Shown: positions 1 to 10,129 of the stretch, one piece after another
Layout: each line of letters opens with the position of its first letter
How positions within the stretch are numbered: position 1 is the stretch's first letter
Source: a virus
Reading direction: 5' to 3' (one strand)
IMG/VR virus record: IMGVR_UViG_3300047170_000095
Span: 1 to 38,008 of that record
DNA length: 38,008 bases
Notes under the pieces: generated by a model
What the model was told of the DNA's origin: nothing
The model's input: only the letters and a program-made list of their open reading frames with translations
The model's database searches: none
Made by a program: the position numbers and the translations under genes

Positions 1-127
1 CTGTTTTATCAAGTAAAGCCACTTTACTTTTAGGAATTACAGTTCTTAAAATACTAGCTGCTGTAGCGATGGGAAAACCTTGTTTAAGAATATTTTCAAC
101 GCGTATATCCTCTTGAATATTTTTGAT
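1..127. repeat. Terminal overlap, identical to 37882-38008 (circular closure or terminal redundancy)
   Basis: Direct comparison: bases 1-127 equal 37882-38008 base for base. The unique genome is 37,881 bp. Confidence 0.95.
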
Positions 128-697
128 GAGATTGAAGTTTTGTTCCGGAACCATTGGCTTTGGAATAAACTGCTTTGGTGAAGGTGATTGTTGTTGCTGT
201 TGTTGAGTTTTTTGGGGTTTGTAGGGCAATCCTAAAGGTTGATTAGGCTGTTGTAATCCACCACCACCTCCTCCTCTAGGTCTTGGTCCTTGAGGTTGAA
301 CATTAATGGTTGGTTGTCCACCAGCTCCTCCTCTAGGTCTTGGTCCTTGAGCAGGTAATATTTGATTAGGTCTGATTGCTTGACCTGTTTGACTAATGTA
401 ATATGCTCCAGCTGCCGCTGCCCCCAATGTTCCTAAAGCACCAATCGCTTGTAAGTTAGCCTGTTCATTGGTCTTTCTGATATTTCGTTTAGTTCTTTCT
501 TCATGTGTCAAAAACTGATCTTCATCATATTGATTTTTAGGATCTGTTAAATGTTTTAAAATTAAATGAGCAGGATAACTAGCTTGTTGTGCTACTGATA
601 TTGCTTGAGCATGTTGAGGATATCGGCGTATTAAATATCCTAACACCTGTTGAGAAGTATAACCATTAGCTAAAGCGTTAAAAACTTGTGATGCCAT
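1..697 (-). CDS. N-terminal part of a junction-spanning virion protein, about 604 aa in total (join 697..1 with 37881..36764). Candidate internal/ejection protein.
   Basis: ATG at 697-695 overlaps the TAA of the upstream gene (TAATG). I checked every codon of this minus frame from 695 down to 2 and found no stop. The frame is continuous with the 36764..37903 ORF through the repeat. It contains GPRPRGG repeats and Q-rich tracts. Confidence 0.85.
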   Translation of the reverse strand, partial: MASQVFNALANGYTSQQVLGYLIRRYPQHAQAISVAQQASYPAHLILKHLTDPKNQYDEDQFLTHEERTKRNIRKTNEQANLQAIGALGTLGAAAAGAYYISQTGQAIRPNQILPAQGPRPRGGAGGQPTINVQPQGPRPRGGGGGGLQQPNQPLGLPYKPQKTQQQQQQSPSPKQFIPKPMVPEQNFNLIKNIQEDIRVENILKQGFPIATAASILRTVIPKSKVALLDKT

Positions 698-2085
698 TAT
701 CTGCCTTTAATATTTAATCCTTCTAAAATAACGTCTAAATTTTTTAAGGGGGGATTATCTATGTTGTCTTTAAAATAATATTGCTCGGGTGTGAGTTTTA
801 TCTGTCCATCTAATATGCCCTCATCAACAATATCTTTAAATGTTTGCCAATCTACATTTTTATCTTCATATGCTTTTCTTAAAAGAAGTAAATTAACACT
901 AGGATCAGACTGAAAAGTTTTATAGATATTGTCTTTTATTTGTTCTTTTTGATTTTCTGAAAATTTAACATCAAATCGCCCATATTTTCCTTGTCCACTT
1001 AAAGATTCATGAATTTTTTTCATTTTTGGAAGCTGAGCAACAGTTTTATGTGCATTTTCACTTAAATTTGAAACCACTTGTTCGATTTCTTCAGGATAAT
1101 ACCCTAGTTGAGACACTAAATCTCGAGCTAATGGATAAAGACCCTCATCTAAAATTGGTTTTAATTTAATTCTTAAGTCTTTAGCTCTCTGATCAAATGT
1201 TTTTGAAGTACCTTGAATTAGTCTCCAAGGTGCATTAAATAATCTTTCAGCTGAGGGACTATCTAAAACATTTTTCATATTGTTTTTTAGATTTTTAGCC
1301 TCTTGAACTAATCTTGAGTTTATTTTAGATTCATCATTTCCTATTTCTTCAGCTATTTCCTGTCCTTTTTTTTGAAATAATGCTTTTTCTTCATCTGTTG
1401 CATTGGGATAAACGTTTGTTAGTTTCTCAACGGCTAATTTTCCATAACCTATTTGCGCATTTTGCCTTGCTAGAATATCTTTATCAACGTCGTTATTATA
1501 TAATCGATTTTCATTATTTACGATTTGGGCTTGTTGTACACCCTCATTGTCTGTCATTGGAATTCCATTTTTTCTATATTCTTCAGCAATTCTATGACCT
1601 TCATCAAATAATTGTTCGGGAGTATAAATTTGCCTTTTTTCACCTGTAGTTTCCGGCTGAGGATAACTTGAAAAAGGAATTTTAGGATTATTTTTTATTA
1701 TTTTAGGTTCTTCTAATTCGTTATTATTTTCATATAATGGGGCATATTTTCCAGGAGATTGAAAATCAGGTAAAGATTTTTTTTCTGTTCGATTTATTTC
1801 TTCACTAAAATTATTATCTTTTTTTGGTAAAAAATTAACATTTCCTGATGCTTCTGCTTGTTTCTTTTTTCTTCCATATTGCAATTCACTTGCAACAATT
1901 TGATTTCTCAATTCAGGATCAAGATAAGCAATATTAGGATCTAAACCCAAATTAGATAAAAGAGATTGCGTTCTTTTATTTTTAAAATATTCCGGGATTG
2001 CTTTTGAAGTTCCTTCTACAAGACCTCCAACAAGATTTTCAGCAAAACTAGGTTGTTGATTTCTTGGAATAATTTGAACAGGCAT
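697..2085 (-). CDS. Hypothetical virion protein, 462 aa (candidate internal/ejection protein by position)
   Basis: Long ORF in the late operon, tightly packed with its neighbours. No motif recognised. Confidence 0.8.
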   Translation of the reverse strand: MPVQIIPRNQQPSFAENLVGGLVEGTSKAIPEYFKNKRTQSLLSNLGLDPNIAYLDPELRNQIVASELQYGRKKKQAEASGNVNFLPKKDNNFSEEINRTEKKSLPDFQSPGKYAPLYENNNELEEPKIIKNNPKIPFSSYPQPETTGEKRQIYTPEQLFDEGHRIAEEYRKNGIPMTDNEGVQQAQIVNNENRLYNNDVDKDILARQNAQIGYGKLAVEKLTNVYPNATDEEKALFQKKGQEIAEEIGNDESKINSRLVQEAKNLKNNMKNVLDSPSAERLFNAPWRLIQGTSKTFDQRAKDLRIKLKPILDEGLYPLARDLVSQLGYYPEEIEQVVSNLSENAHKTVAQLPKMKKIHESLSGQGKYGRFDVKFSENQKEQIKDNIYKTFQSDPSVNLLLLRKAYEDKNVDWQTFKDIVDEGILDGQIKLTPEQYYFKDNIDNPPLKNLDVILEGLNIKGR

Positions 2086-2086
2086 C

Positions 2087-2662
2087 TTACATTCCTCCGC
2101 TCAATGGATTAAAACCACCACCAGTAAGATACGATGAAAAAGCTCCTGGAATGGCACTTGCAAGGTTTCCTGCAATATTACCCCATTGACTTTGTTTTTT
2201 TGGAACTAACATATTTTCATACGGCTGTTGTCCTAAAAGTTGATTTCCCATGTTTTGAATATCCATTAAAGCTTGACGTTGTAGTCCTTGCCTATTTGCT
2301 TGGAGCTGTTGAGCAAAATTTGAGGCAGCACCACTTGCTTCATTTTGGAATCCACTGCTTTTTCTGGCACCTAACCCCATTCCACTAAAACGAGACGCTA
2401 GATTGCCTTGTAAACCGCTAAATTGCCTTAAAGCCGGAGCTTCCATTTCATCAAATGTCGATTGATCTCCTCCAGATAATTTTTGAAGAAAACTTTCAGG
2501 TCCGATATTTCCAATTAATTGACTAAACAATTGAAACATTTCAGGCGTCCATTGGATATTTTGAGCAATTTTATTTCCACCAATGGACTTATGAGTCTTA
2601 TAAATTCCAGGTCCTCTTGATTCAAATCCATGACCCATTGAATTGTTCATGCCAAAAGACAT
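2087..2662 (-). CDS. Hypothetical G/Q/N/S-rich virion protein, 191 aa
   Basis: ORF lies 1 nt from the next gene in the late operon. Composition is low-complexity. Confidence 0.75.
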   Translation of the reverse strand: MSFGMNNSMGHGFESRGPGIYKTHKSIGGNKIAQNIQWTPEMFQLFSQLIGNIGPESFLQKLSGGDQSTFDEMEAPALRQFSGLQGNLASRFSGMGLGARKSSGFQNEASGAASNFAQQLQANRQGLQRQALMDIQNMGNQLLGQQPYENMLVPKKQSQWGNIAGNLASAIPGAFSSYLTGGGFNPLSGGM

Positions 2663-2689
2663 ATAATACCTACTTTTTTCTTTAATATA

Positions 2690-3160
2690 TCACGGATTGT
2701 TAATCCATTCCAAGTTTATCGTTCCATTTGTGATAGTCGGAGCACCTGCTCCTGAAAGCACAACGATATTTGTCGGGGTTACATAAAAAGATACTTGCCC
2801 TGCAATGGCTGTATTGCTTGCATAAATAACACCATACCAATTTGTGCCATCTGTAAAAGAACCATATGAATTAGGAGAAATTTGATAAATCTCATTTAAA
2901 TTAATTCCATGAGGAATATTTCCAGTAGCGGTAAATGTATAGATTTGTCTTTGAGATTGTTGCCTTTGACTTGTAAAATACCAAGATTCTCCTGTGACAT
3001 TCGGTCGATTTTTACCAAAAATACCAATCGTGCGACAATTAACAGAATTAGCAATATCAATATAACTTTTATTCAGTTCAACAGATAGCTGCTTGACATC
3101 TTCGGTTGGAAAACTTCTTGTGGTCCTTAGATAAGAAACATTGCTAAATGTATTATTCAC
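2690..3160 (-). CDS. Hypothetical structural protein, 156 aa
   Basis: ORF overlaps the end of the upstream gene by 4 nt (coupled). Confidence 0.75.
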   Translation of the reverse strand: MNNTFSNVSYLRTTRSFPTEDVKQLSVELNKSYIDIANSVNCRTIGIFGKNRPNVTGESWYFTSQRQQSQRQIYTFTATGNIPHGINLNEIYQISPNSYGSFTDGTNWYGVIYASNTAIAGQVSFYVTPTNIVVLSGAGAPTITNGTINLEWINNP

Positions 3161-5952
3161 GAAAGCACCTGGCTTGGATTTAAATCTAAAATAAATCCAT
3201 GAATTTCTATTTCTGAAAATTGGCTAATGAAATTTCCATTTGCATTTAAAGCACGCATTTGTGCATCTGACATTGTAAAACCAAGTTGAACAGTATCACC
3301 GATTAAAGAAGTGTTGATACGATGCCAAATTTGATTCTGTTGATTATTTCCTGATTGAACTTCTGTTAATTCAAGTAAATTTGTATTTGCTGGTGTTAAT
3401 CCTATATTAGTACTTTCAGCACATGTATAAAGTACTGTACTATAAATTAATCCACTATTTACAACAGCCGTTAGATCGTTAAAAGGATTTGTTTGATTCT
3501 GACTTAAATAAATTAAAAGTGTGATTTGTGATTGAGTATCGGCTTGTGTTAATAAATATTGCTGAACACCGATTCTTGTTTTTCTTCCCATTTCCCAACT
3601 TGTTGGAAATTGTCTAGTTTGAATAAAAGGTTTATAAATCCTTGTAATGCTTCCACCACCAATATAAGCAGTAATATTAACAGCTGGATTTAAACTAAAT
3701 GTATTTGAATCAATCACAGAACCAACGGAGAAAACAAGTCCATTTAATAAAGATGCCTGTGTTCCTAATACCCCTGAAATGGTTATATAGTCATTTTGTA
3801 ATAAGCAATGATTAGGGGAAGTAACCGTATTTCCTGAAATGTTTTGTATATATAAAGAACTTGCTTCAGAAGTTCCTTGACCGCGCATTAAAATAAAACC
3901 TTGCTGATTTCCACCTATAATGATGGGTTGAAAAATATTGCTTACTCCAGCAGTCCATGGGTCATTCCAAGCATTCCAAGAAGAATATACTTGGCCAATT
4001 GACGCCCATGTATAGCCAGAATTAGGCCTAAAAATTCCGTAAGTCGTATAAGATTCATTAAAAACAGCCCAAGAATCATCGCGGTAATTATATTGTAAAG
4101 TTTGAGTTGGATAAACGTATGGATTTCCTTTAGGTGAGTATGTAAAATAGATCCATTCATTTATAAAATCTCGTTGTGCTGTAATTCTTTCTGTACCATT
4201 ATTAAGAAGGCTAATTTCGAAATTTTGATCTAAAATATCTTCATCAAATCTTTTGGCATTTGTTCTGTTAGTAAAGGCAAAACCACGTGTTCCACGTGTT
4301 AAAACACCTTCATCCATAATAACAGTAGAAAAAGTACTAGATGACCCAAGTTCAGAGTTAATTCGATAAAACAAAAAAGGTGAAACATCATTTCCGGTAT
4401 ATACAATCTGCGTTTGTTGTGTATCAAAACCAGCAATCAAAGAATCTTCATTTGGAGCAATTGTATTAAGTTTTTGATCAATCCCAGCTGAAATAAAACC
4501 ACCAAAACCAACTTGATCTTCAAAATAAGCGGGTGCTGTTGCAGTTTGATTTGTTGGTACTAAAATTGCCGTAAATATTGTTGTAGCTGCTACAGGATTG
4601 CCTTGAAAAGATGCTGTATAATAAGCCGTTCCATTTTGACTATAAATCACTGTATCTTGTAAATAAAAAGGTGTTCCTGTCGAAGCTTGCACAACAGGTC
4701 CTAAAAATAGTAATCGATCCTTAAATGGAATAATCATTCTAGCACTCACAAGATAGTATTGTCTTGCGGGAAGTTCATCGATTGAATATACAAATTGACT
4801 TAAAGGAGGCGAAAAATTTACCCATCCATTCGATGTACTAGGAATAAAGTTAACACCATTTGTAGGATCTCCGTCATACCAACGAAGGCAATCTAATGTT
4901 GACGATACTGTTGTTGTTAAATATTGAACAATTCCTGGTACAAAAGTATCAGAAGCTAAATTTGCATTCGGTAATGTAATTGTTACTGTTTTTGTGGCTA
5001 ATGGAATTGTATTTGGAGAAGATGCTGTAACAAAACCGGACTGATAATTTAACGTTTGAGCATTTGCAGAAGTAGTAGCACCCCATTCATTTAAAAAAAC
5101 AAAATCTCCAATAACCAAAGGACAATTTGTGATTGTTAATGTTATTGTTGTCGGTGTATTTGAATCAAATGTAATTGTTGAAGACGGTGCAAATTGCATC
5201 CCTATAGCTGTCAAATCTGGTTTGTTATTTGTAAAACGAATACCGTATGTAGCCCATAAGGCTCCCTGATAATTTACTGTATAAACCTGTTGATAATTTA
5301 AACCATTCCAAGTAACAGGTGTCCAAAATGGGCTTAAATTACCTTTTCTTACATAACCTGTATAAGTATTGTTTGCCGGATTTTTATAGAAACTAACATC
5401 ATAAATTATAGAAGGAATAGTACCAGAAAGATTGTAAGAGTAAGTAGTATCGAATCCAAGGTTTGTTGCAAAATCCTGTGTTTCTAAAATTAGATCCTCA
5501 AGACCCATCACAGGCAAATTAGGATAATATTTAATGTTTCCAGTCAGTGTTTCATTTGAACCCCCTGTAATTGTGATAACACCAGAAGAATAATTGATTG
5601 TGCCGCCTGTTCCCGTTCCACCTGTTGCTTTCAACGTGCCATTTTGATTTGGATCTGTATAGGTCGTACCATCAGTCCCACCGAAAAGGTTTATACTTCC
5701 CATAACGATGGTTGAATTTGTTTGAAGTGATAATGAAGTAATTAAATTAACTGTTCCCGATGACAATGTAACGCTAACAGAAATATATCGATTTAAACGT
5801 CCTAAAAAAGTTGTTCCACGTTTTCTTTTTATGCGTCCACGCCACTGATAAGCATTAACTAACATCGGAAAATTATCATTATCTATGGCAAAAGGCTCTC
5901 GATCAGTCCTAAAACCTCGATTAAATGGACCTACAACGAGTTTTTCGCCCAT
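3157..5952 (-). CDS. Large tail/nozzle-type structural protein, about 931 aa (tail tubular B-like by size and position only)
   Basis: The track ORF is 3157..6012. The ATG at 5952-5950 overlaps the TAA of the upstream gene (TAATG), so I prefer it as the start. Confidence 0.8.
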   Translation of the reverse strand: MGEKLVVGPFNRGFRTDREPFAIDNDNFPMLVNAYQWRGRIKRKRGTTFLGRLNRYISVSVTLSSGTVNLITSLSLQTNSTIVMGSINLFGGTDGTTYTDPNQNGTLKATGGTGTGGTINYSSGVITITGGSNETLTGNIKYYPNLPVMGLEDLILETQDFATNLGFDTTYSYNLSGTIPSIIYDVSFYKNPANNTYTGYVRKGNLSPFWTPVTWNGLNYQQVYTVNYQGALWATYGIRFTNNKPDLTAIGMQFAPSSTITFDSNTPTTITLTITNCPLVIGDFVFLNEWGATTSANAQTLNYQSGFVTASSPNTIPLATKTVTITLPNANLASDTFVPGIVQYLTTTVSSTLDCLRWYDGDPTNGVNFIPSTSNGWVNFSPPLSQFVYSIDELPARQYYLVSARMIIPFKDRLLFLGPVVQASTGTPFYLQDTVIYSQNGTAYYTASFQGNPVAATTIFTAILVPTNQTATAPAYFEDQVGFGGFISAGIDQKLNTIAPNEDSLIAGFDTQQTQIVYTGNDVSPFLFYRINSELGSSSTFSTVIMDEGVLTRGTRGFAFTNRTNAKRFDEDILDQNFEISLLNNGTERITAQRDFINEWIYFTYSPKGNPYVYPTQTLQYNYRDDSWAVFNESYTTYGIFRPNSGYTWASIGQVYSSWNAWNDPWTAGVSNIFQPIIIGGNQQGFILMRGQGTSEASSLYIQNISGNTVTSPNHCLLQNDYITISGVLGTQASLLNGLVFSVGSVIDSNTFSLNPAVNITAYIGGGSITRIYKPFIQTRQFPTSWEMGRKTRIGVQQYLLTQADTQSQITLLIYLSQNQTNPFNDLTAVVNSGLIYSTVLYTCAESTNIGLTPANTNLLELTEVQSGNNQQNQIWHRINTSLIGDTVQLGFTMSDAQMRALNANGNFISQFSEIEIHGFILDLNPSQVLS

Positions 5953-6605
5953 TAATAACCTATTGCTAACCAATTGAAAGCATCGTAAGATGTTGTTCCT
6001 GTAAAACCCCAATTGAATGACGTTGTCGTTGGATCACCTATGACATAAATCGTATTTGATGAGAATGTATCGGTAAGTGCATTTAAAGTTAGTTGTATAT
6101 TATAGGGACCGGTATTGAAAGGTCTTGGGAATTTTATTGTTCCTGTTGCTGTTAAATTTTCTTCTGAACCATATTGAAGTAATAATCCACCTGGCAGAAA
6201 AGTCCATCCACCAAATTGTGTTGCCACTGGTGGTGTTTGAGCATATTGGGCGTCATCTGCAAAAGAAGCATAATAAACTGACGAGGTACGAGTCATTTGA
6301 TACACATTTCCAGTAGTATCAGGAGTGAAAAATAATTCTGTTTTTTCGCCTCCAGCTGTTGGAACTGTATTAGTATAAAGTTCAGCATTTCCCGTTGTTA
6401 AAGGAGGAAGGGTTGGATTATTTCCTAAACTTACAAGAGTAATTTGTTTATGCCATCCACCATAATTATTTGTATCTTCATAACCATAATGATCAACTAA
6501 AGGCCAGCTAAACACAGAATTTGTGTTTGTTTGCATATTAGGGACATCTGTTGAAGGATTATTTGGAGGATTAGGAATATTTTGTGTATATGCGAAAAAA
6601 CTCAT
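5952..6605 (-). CDS. Hypothetical structural protein, 217 aa
   Basis: ORF in operon with 4-nt overlaps at both ends. Confidence 0.75.
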   Translation of the reverse strand: MSFFAYTQNIPNPPNNPSTDVPNMQTNTNSVFSWPLVDHYGYEDTNNYGGWHKQITLVSLGNNPTLPPLTTGNAELYTNTVPTAGGEKTELFFTPDTTGNVYQMTRTSSVYYASFADDAQYAQTPPVATQFGGWTFLPGGLLLQYGSEENLTATGTIKFPRPFNTGPYNIQLTLNALTDTFSSNTIYVIGDPTTTSFNWGFTGTTSYDAFNWLAIGY

Positions 6606-7822
6606 GTAGTCGATCCTCCTAAAGAATTAGATCCTTGTTGACCTTGATTGATGCCCTGACTGTAAATTGTTTCTGTACGATTTGCAGTAAATTGCCTTTG
6701 GGATCGTTTCCAAACCAATCTTTCTTGTTCTATAAATAAAGGTTCGTAAAACTGAAATTGTTCTACATCTCCTGTATCAGACAAAATTTTTCTTGCAGCT
6801 CCCCTTGCAATGTATTCAGCCATATAACCAAAAGGAATGGCATTTGATTGGGTTAAAAAAGCTGCTGGAGATAAATATGCATCCAGTTGAACAAGATATG
6901 ACTGATCCGGAGGACTGCGAAATGTAAGAGTATTATTGTTAAAAAGAACGCTACGAGGCAAACCACATTGAAAATAGAATGATTGTGCGTTAATTGCTGC
7001 CCCAGCAGCAGGAGCAACAGGAAAATTAACATTAATTACACCATTCAAGTAATTAACAGTATTTGAAGTAATTGAATATGGAACTGTTGGAGTAACCGGA
7101 TTTGTCAATTCAGAATAACCAAAAGGTGCAGGTCCTGGTTTCATCAAAAGGCCATAATTTGGCTGATTTGAAAGAAATTGACCTGAGTCCTGAACTATAA
7201 TTGTATTTCCCTCAGAATCTTGTGATGTTAAATAAATCGCTGGAAAAATACTTGTCGACGGAATTACTAAATTTAAATTCAATCCTGTTGGAGGATCTTG
7301 ATTAACTTGCGTCGCGATTACCCCAGTCATATCAACATGTCCGCGAAGTAAATATTGATACGGGGGATTTTGAGGAATGGAATTTTGAGGAATAATAGGA
7401 AATGTGATTTGAAAAGTTGTTGTTGAACCATCACCAATAGCTACAACATTCATTTGCTGAACGATATTCGGCCAAATGTTGTAAAATGATGTTTTATTTG
7501 TTTGTAAAGGAATTTGAATCCCATTTACATAAACAGGATCCAAAAAACCTTGATAAACAGGAAACATGCCAATATTTGGATTTCCTGCCTCTGCATATGT
7601 AGTATAAAGAGGCATATTATATTGATCGACACCAGGAATTGTTTGAAATTGATATTGTGTTTTCAAATCAAACAATTGAATCCTGGCATCTACATCCATT
7701 ATCCAAAAGCGATTAATGTAATCTATGATCAAATTATCTGTTATAATTGCATCTGAAGGACTTTTAATGATTCTTCTTATATAAGTGATAATATCAGTCA
7801 AAAGATCTATATGAGTCTCCAA
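6602..7822 (-). CDS. Hypothetical structural protein, 406 aa (possible adaptor/tail component)
   Basis: Long ORF in the late operon. No motif recognised. Confidence 0.8.
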   Translation of the reverse strand: METHIDLLTDIITYIRRIIKSPSDAIITDNLIIDYINRFWIMDVDARIQLFDLKTQYQFQTIPGVDQYNMPLYTTYAEAGNPNIGMFPVYQGFLDPVYVNGIQIPLQTNKTSFYNIWPNIVQQMNVVAIGDGSTTTFQITFPIIPQNSIPQNPPYQYLLRGHVDMTGVIATQVNQDPPTGLNLNLVIPSTSIFPAIYLTSQDSEGNTIIVQDSGQFLSNQPNYGLLMKPGPAPFGYSELTNPVTPTVPYSITSNTVNYLNGVINVNFPVAPAAGAAINAQSFYFQCGLPRSVLFNNNTLTFRSPPDQSYLVQLDAYLSPAAFLTQSNAIPFGYMAEYIARGAARKILSDTGDVEQFQFYEPLFIEQERLVWKRSQRQFTANRTETIYSQGINQGQQGSNSLGGSTT

Positions 7823-7845
7823 TGTAAAACAGTTTTACATTTGAT

Positions 7846-8430
7846 TTAAAAATTTTTTGCGCCCATAAATATTGATTTACGTGTACTTTCAGGAAATGCG
7901 TCTAATCTTTGTATAGTGGTGTCGACAACCAATGAACCATAATATTGACCCAGGCCATCTGCACCAGAAGAAACATTTTGTTTCATGACAAGTCTTTGAT
8001 ATTTGCATCCTTTTATTCTTTCAGCAACATAACGAGGAGCCCAAAGTGGTTTATTTGTCGGTACATTCCAAAATTCTGCTGGGACTCCTGGATAGGGTTT
8101 AGTCCAAAATTCTAAAGTTTCACCTATAATTTCTCGATGTTCCGCTGTAAAATGGACATACTCTTTGTCAAAATCATAAGAATCTCGAAACTTTTCATTG
8201 AATTTTTCTTTGCAGCCAATAGTTCTTATTGGCTTAAGATAAGTCGCTTTCATTTTATCTTTATCAACTTGCGCAATCTTTGTTTGAGGTTCCACATTTT
8301 CTGGAGGAGCTTGATTCAGACGATCTAAGGTAAGATCTTTAACTTGTTTATCAAATGCATCAAATTGTTCTTGTGCTTTGTCTAATTCTTTTGCTGCTAA
8401 TGAATTTTTTGGCTTAGGTTTACCGACCAT
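7846..8430 (-). CDS. Hypothetical structural protein, 194 aa
   Basis: ORF in the late operon. Confidence 0.75.
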   Translation of the reverse strand: MVGKPKPKNSLAAKELDKAQEQFDAFDKQVKDLTLDRLNQAPPENVEPQTKIAQVDKDKMKATYLKPIRTIGCKEKFNEKFRDSYDFDKEYVHFTAEHREIIGETLEFWTKPYPGVPAEFWNVPTNKPLWAPRYVAERIKGCKYQRLVMKQNVSSGADGLGQYYGSLVVDTTIQRLDAFPESTRKSIFMGAKNF

Positions 8431-8513
8431 AAATATCCTTTATGTATATTTAAATATTTAATTAACATTACCATTAGTTTATGCTTCAGACAAGAAATTT
8501 TTATAAATCCACC

Positions 8514-8957
8514 TTAATCGTGTAAAAAAGGTGAGATATCTTTAAAACTACCTGGAATACCAGGAATAAAACCTGTGGGCAGGTATCTACCATTGTTATT
8601 GATTATTCCAGTATTGATATCACCTACTGCTAAAATCTGCGGTTGTTGTGGAAGGGTTGTTGCTTTAAAAGCAGAAGCATTCGAGGAATTAATATTCAAT
8701 ACAACTTGATTAGCTGAGGGCAAAGATATGACATACCCAAGTTGTTCATTTAACTCTCTGCAACCTGAAGAAATTGGAATAATAAGTCTCACAAGTTGAC
8801 CTTCAACATAATCCATATTTTTTATTGTTGTGATTGTCGTTGTGATGCCTAATAAGATATTAGAAATATAAAATTGCCTTGGTTTGTAATACTGAGGCAT
8901 GATGGGAGGGTTATTATAAGGAGGAATAGGACCATTCAATAATGGAGGGTGTGACAT
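8514..8957 (-). CDS. Hypothetical head-associated protein, 147 aa, sharing a C-terminal motif with the 375-aa protein
   Basis: Carries PQILAVGDINTG, compared with PQVAAVGDINSG in the 9001..10128 product. Confidence 0.75.
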   Translation of the reverse strand: MSHPPLLNGPIPPYNNPPIMPQYYKPRQFYISNILLGITTTITTIKNMDYVEGQLVRLIIPISSGCRELNEQLGYVISLPSANQVVLNINSSNASAFKATTLPQQPQILAVGDINTGIINNNGRYLPTGFIPGIPGSFKDISPFLHD

Positions 8958-8969
8958 TTTTTACCTAAA

Positions 8970-8989
8970 CGAGGGGTTTTCACCCCTCG
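8970..8989 (-). terminator. Hairpin CGAGGGG-N6-CCCCTCG, a possible leaky terminator or attenuator after the capsid-region genes
   Basis: 7-bp GC stem in an AT-rich intergenic gap. On the minus strand it is followed by TTTAGGT, a weak U-tract. Confidence 0.45.
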
Positions 8990-9000
8990 CCTTAAAATAA

Positions 9001-10128
9001 TTAAGTATTAAAATCGTTCATATAAGCTTTCCAATATATCGTATCGCCCAAAGTGCCTGAAATAGCACTTCCGATGATAAATCCTTGGAATGTCGCATTA
9101 ATAAACGCACCTTGAATCGCAGGACCATTAATTGTGTTAACTTGGCTTGTGTTTGCAACACTACCTTGAAAACCATTAAATATTAATGGAGAAGGATACA
9201 AAGCATTTCCGGTATAAGGAAAACCACCACTATTAATATCTCCAACCGCAGCTACTTGAGGGAATTTAAGCCCTGGGAAGCTTAGGAAAGATTGATTACT
9301 ATTATAAGCTGTTAAAGTTGCAAAAGGTACGTTAATAACAAAATTTGTACTATCTGTAACAGAAACAACATAATAATATTGTGGCGAGCCTGGAATAAGA
9401 ATATCAGGCAATTCATTCAATTGAGTTGGACCCCAAACAGTTGGAATATGAAAACCAACTTCTTGGCCAACTTGCACGTTTGTGGGTGCGGTTGTTTGAA
9501 TTGATGTCATTGTACCGGAACTTGCAGTAGATACAGCTGAGATTATACTTACACCGGGGGCATACAAAGCTGGATAAAGAACCTGTTTATATGAAGCCAA
9601 CGTATTCAATCCACCTGCTGTAATAGCAGCATAATTTGAACCGTTATTATTCCAATTGATTGTAAATGTCGTTGTACTAGGTACAGTTACAACCTGAAAA
9701 GGAATGCCGGCCATTTGCTGCATACCCGTTGTTGATGTTTGATATAAATTTGAAAAAATAACAACATCTCCTACAACAAGTCCATGTGCGGTTGTAGTTG
9801 TTACTACGGGTGCTGTAGCACTTTGAGTAATTCCACCTGAAGCACCTAAAATAACTGTAGGTCCTAACTGTAATGCCATTCCAGCTTGAAAAGTTTTAAA
9901 TCCTGTGCCTATAGCGGCAGTAATAAAACCTAACGTACCAGAAGTTGTATTGATAGCAGCGCCTTGACCCATATCTTGGTGCCAAGAAGCACTTGTAGTG
10001 CCTGTTCCAGCTGTAATACGAGTAGTATTATCAATAGAAATATATTGTGCTTGGAAAGGTATAATCACAGCAGTTTGACCGCCAGTTGAAGTAACTTTCC
10101 CTTGAGCTAATCTGGAATATTCAGCCAT
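9001..10128 (-). CDS. Hypothetical T/S/G-rich head protein, 375 aa (decoration or fibre-like; function unverified)
   Basis: Lies immediately downstream of the capsid gene, 1 nt from its stop. Its C-terminal motif is shared with the 147-aa protein. Confidence 0.8.
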   Translation of the reverse strand: MAEYSRLAQGKVTSTGGQTAVIIPFQAQYISIDNTTRITAGTGTTSASWHQDMGQGAAINTTSGTLGFITAAIGTGFKTFQAGMALQLGPTVILGASGGITQSATAPVVTTTTAHGLVVGDVVIFSNLYQTSTTGMQQMAGIPFQVVTVPSTTTFTINWNNNGSNYAAITAGGLNTLASYKQVLYPALYAPGVSIISAVSTASSGTMTSIQTTAPTNVQVGQEVGFHIPTVWGPTQLNELPDILIPGSPQYYYVVSVTDSTNFVINVPFATLTAYNSNQSFLSFPGLKFPQVAAVGDINSGGFPYTGNALYPSPLIFNGFQGSVANTSQVNTINGPAIQGAFINATFQGFIIGSAISGTLGDTIYWKAYMNDFNT

Positions 10129-10129
10129 C

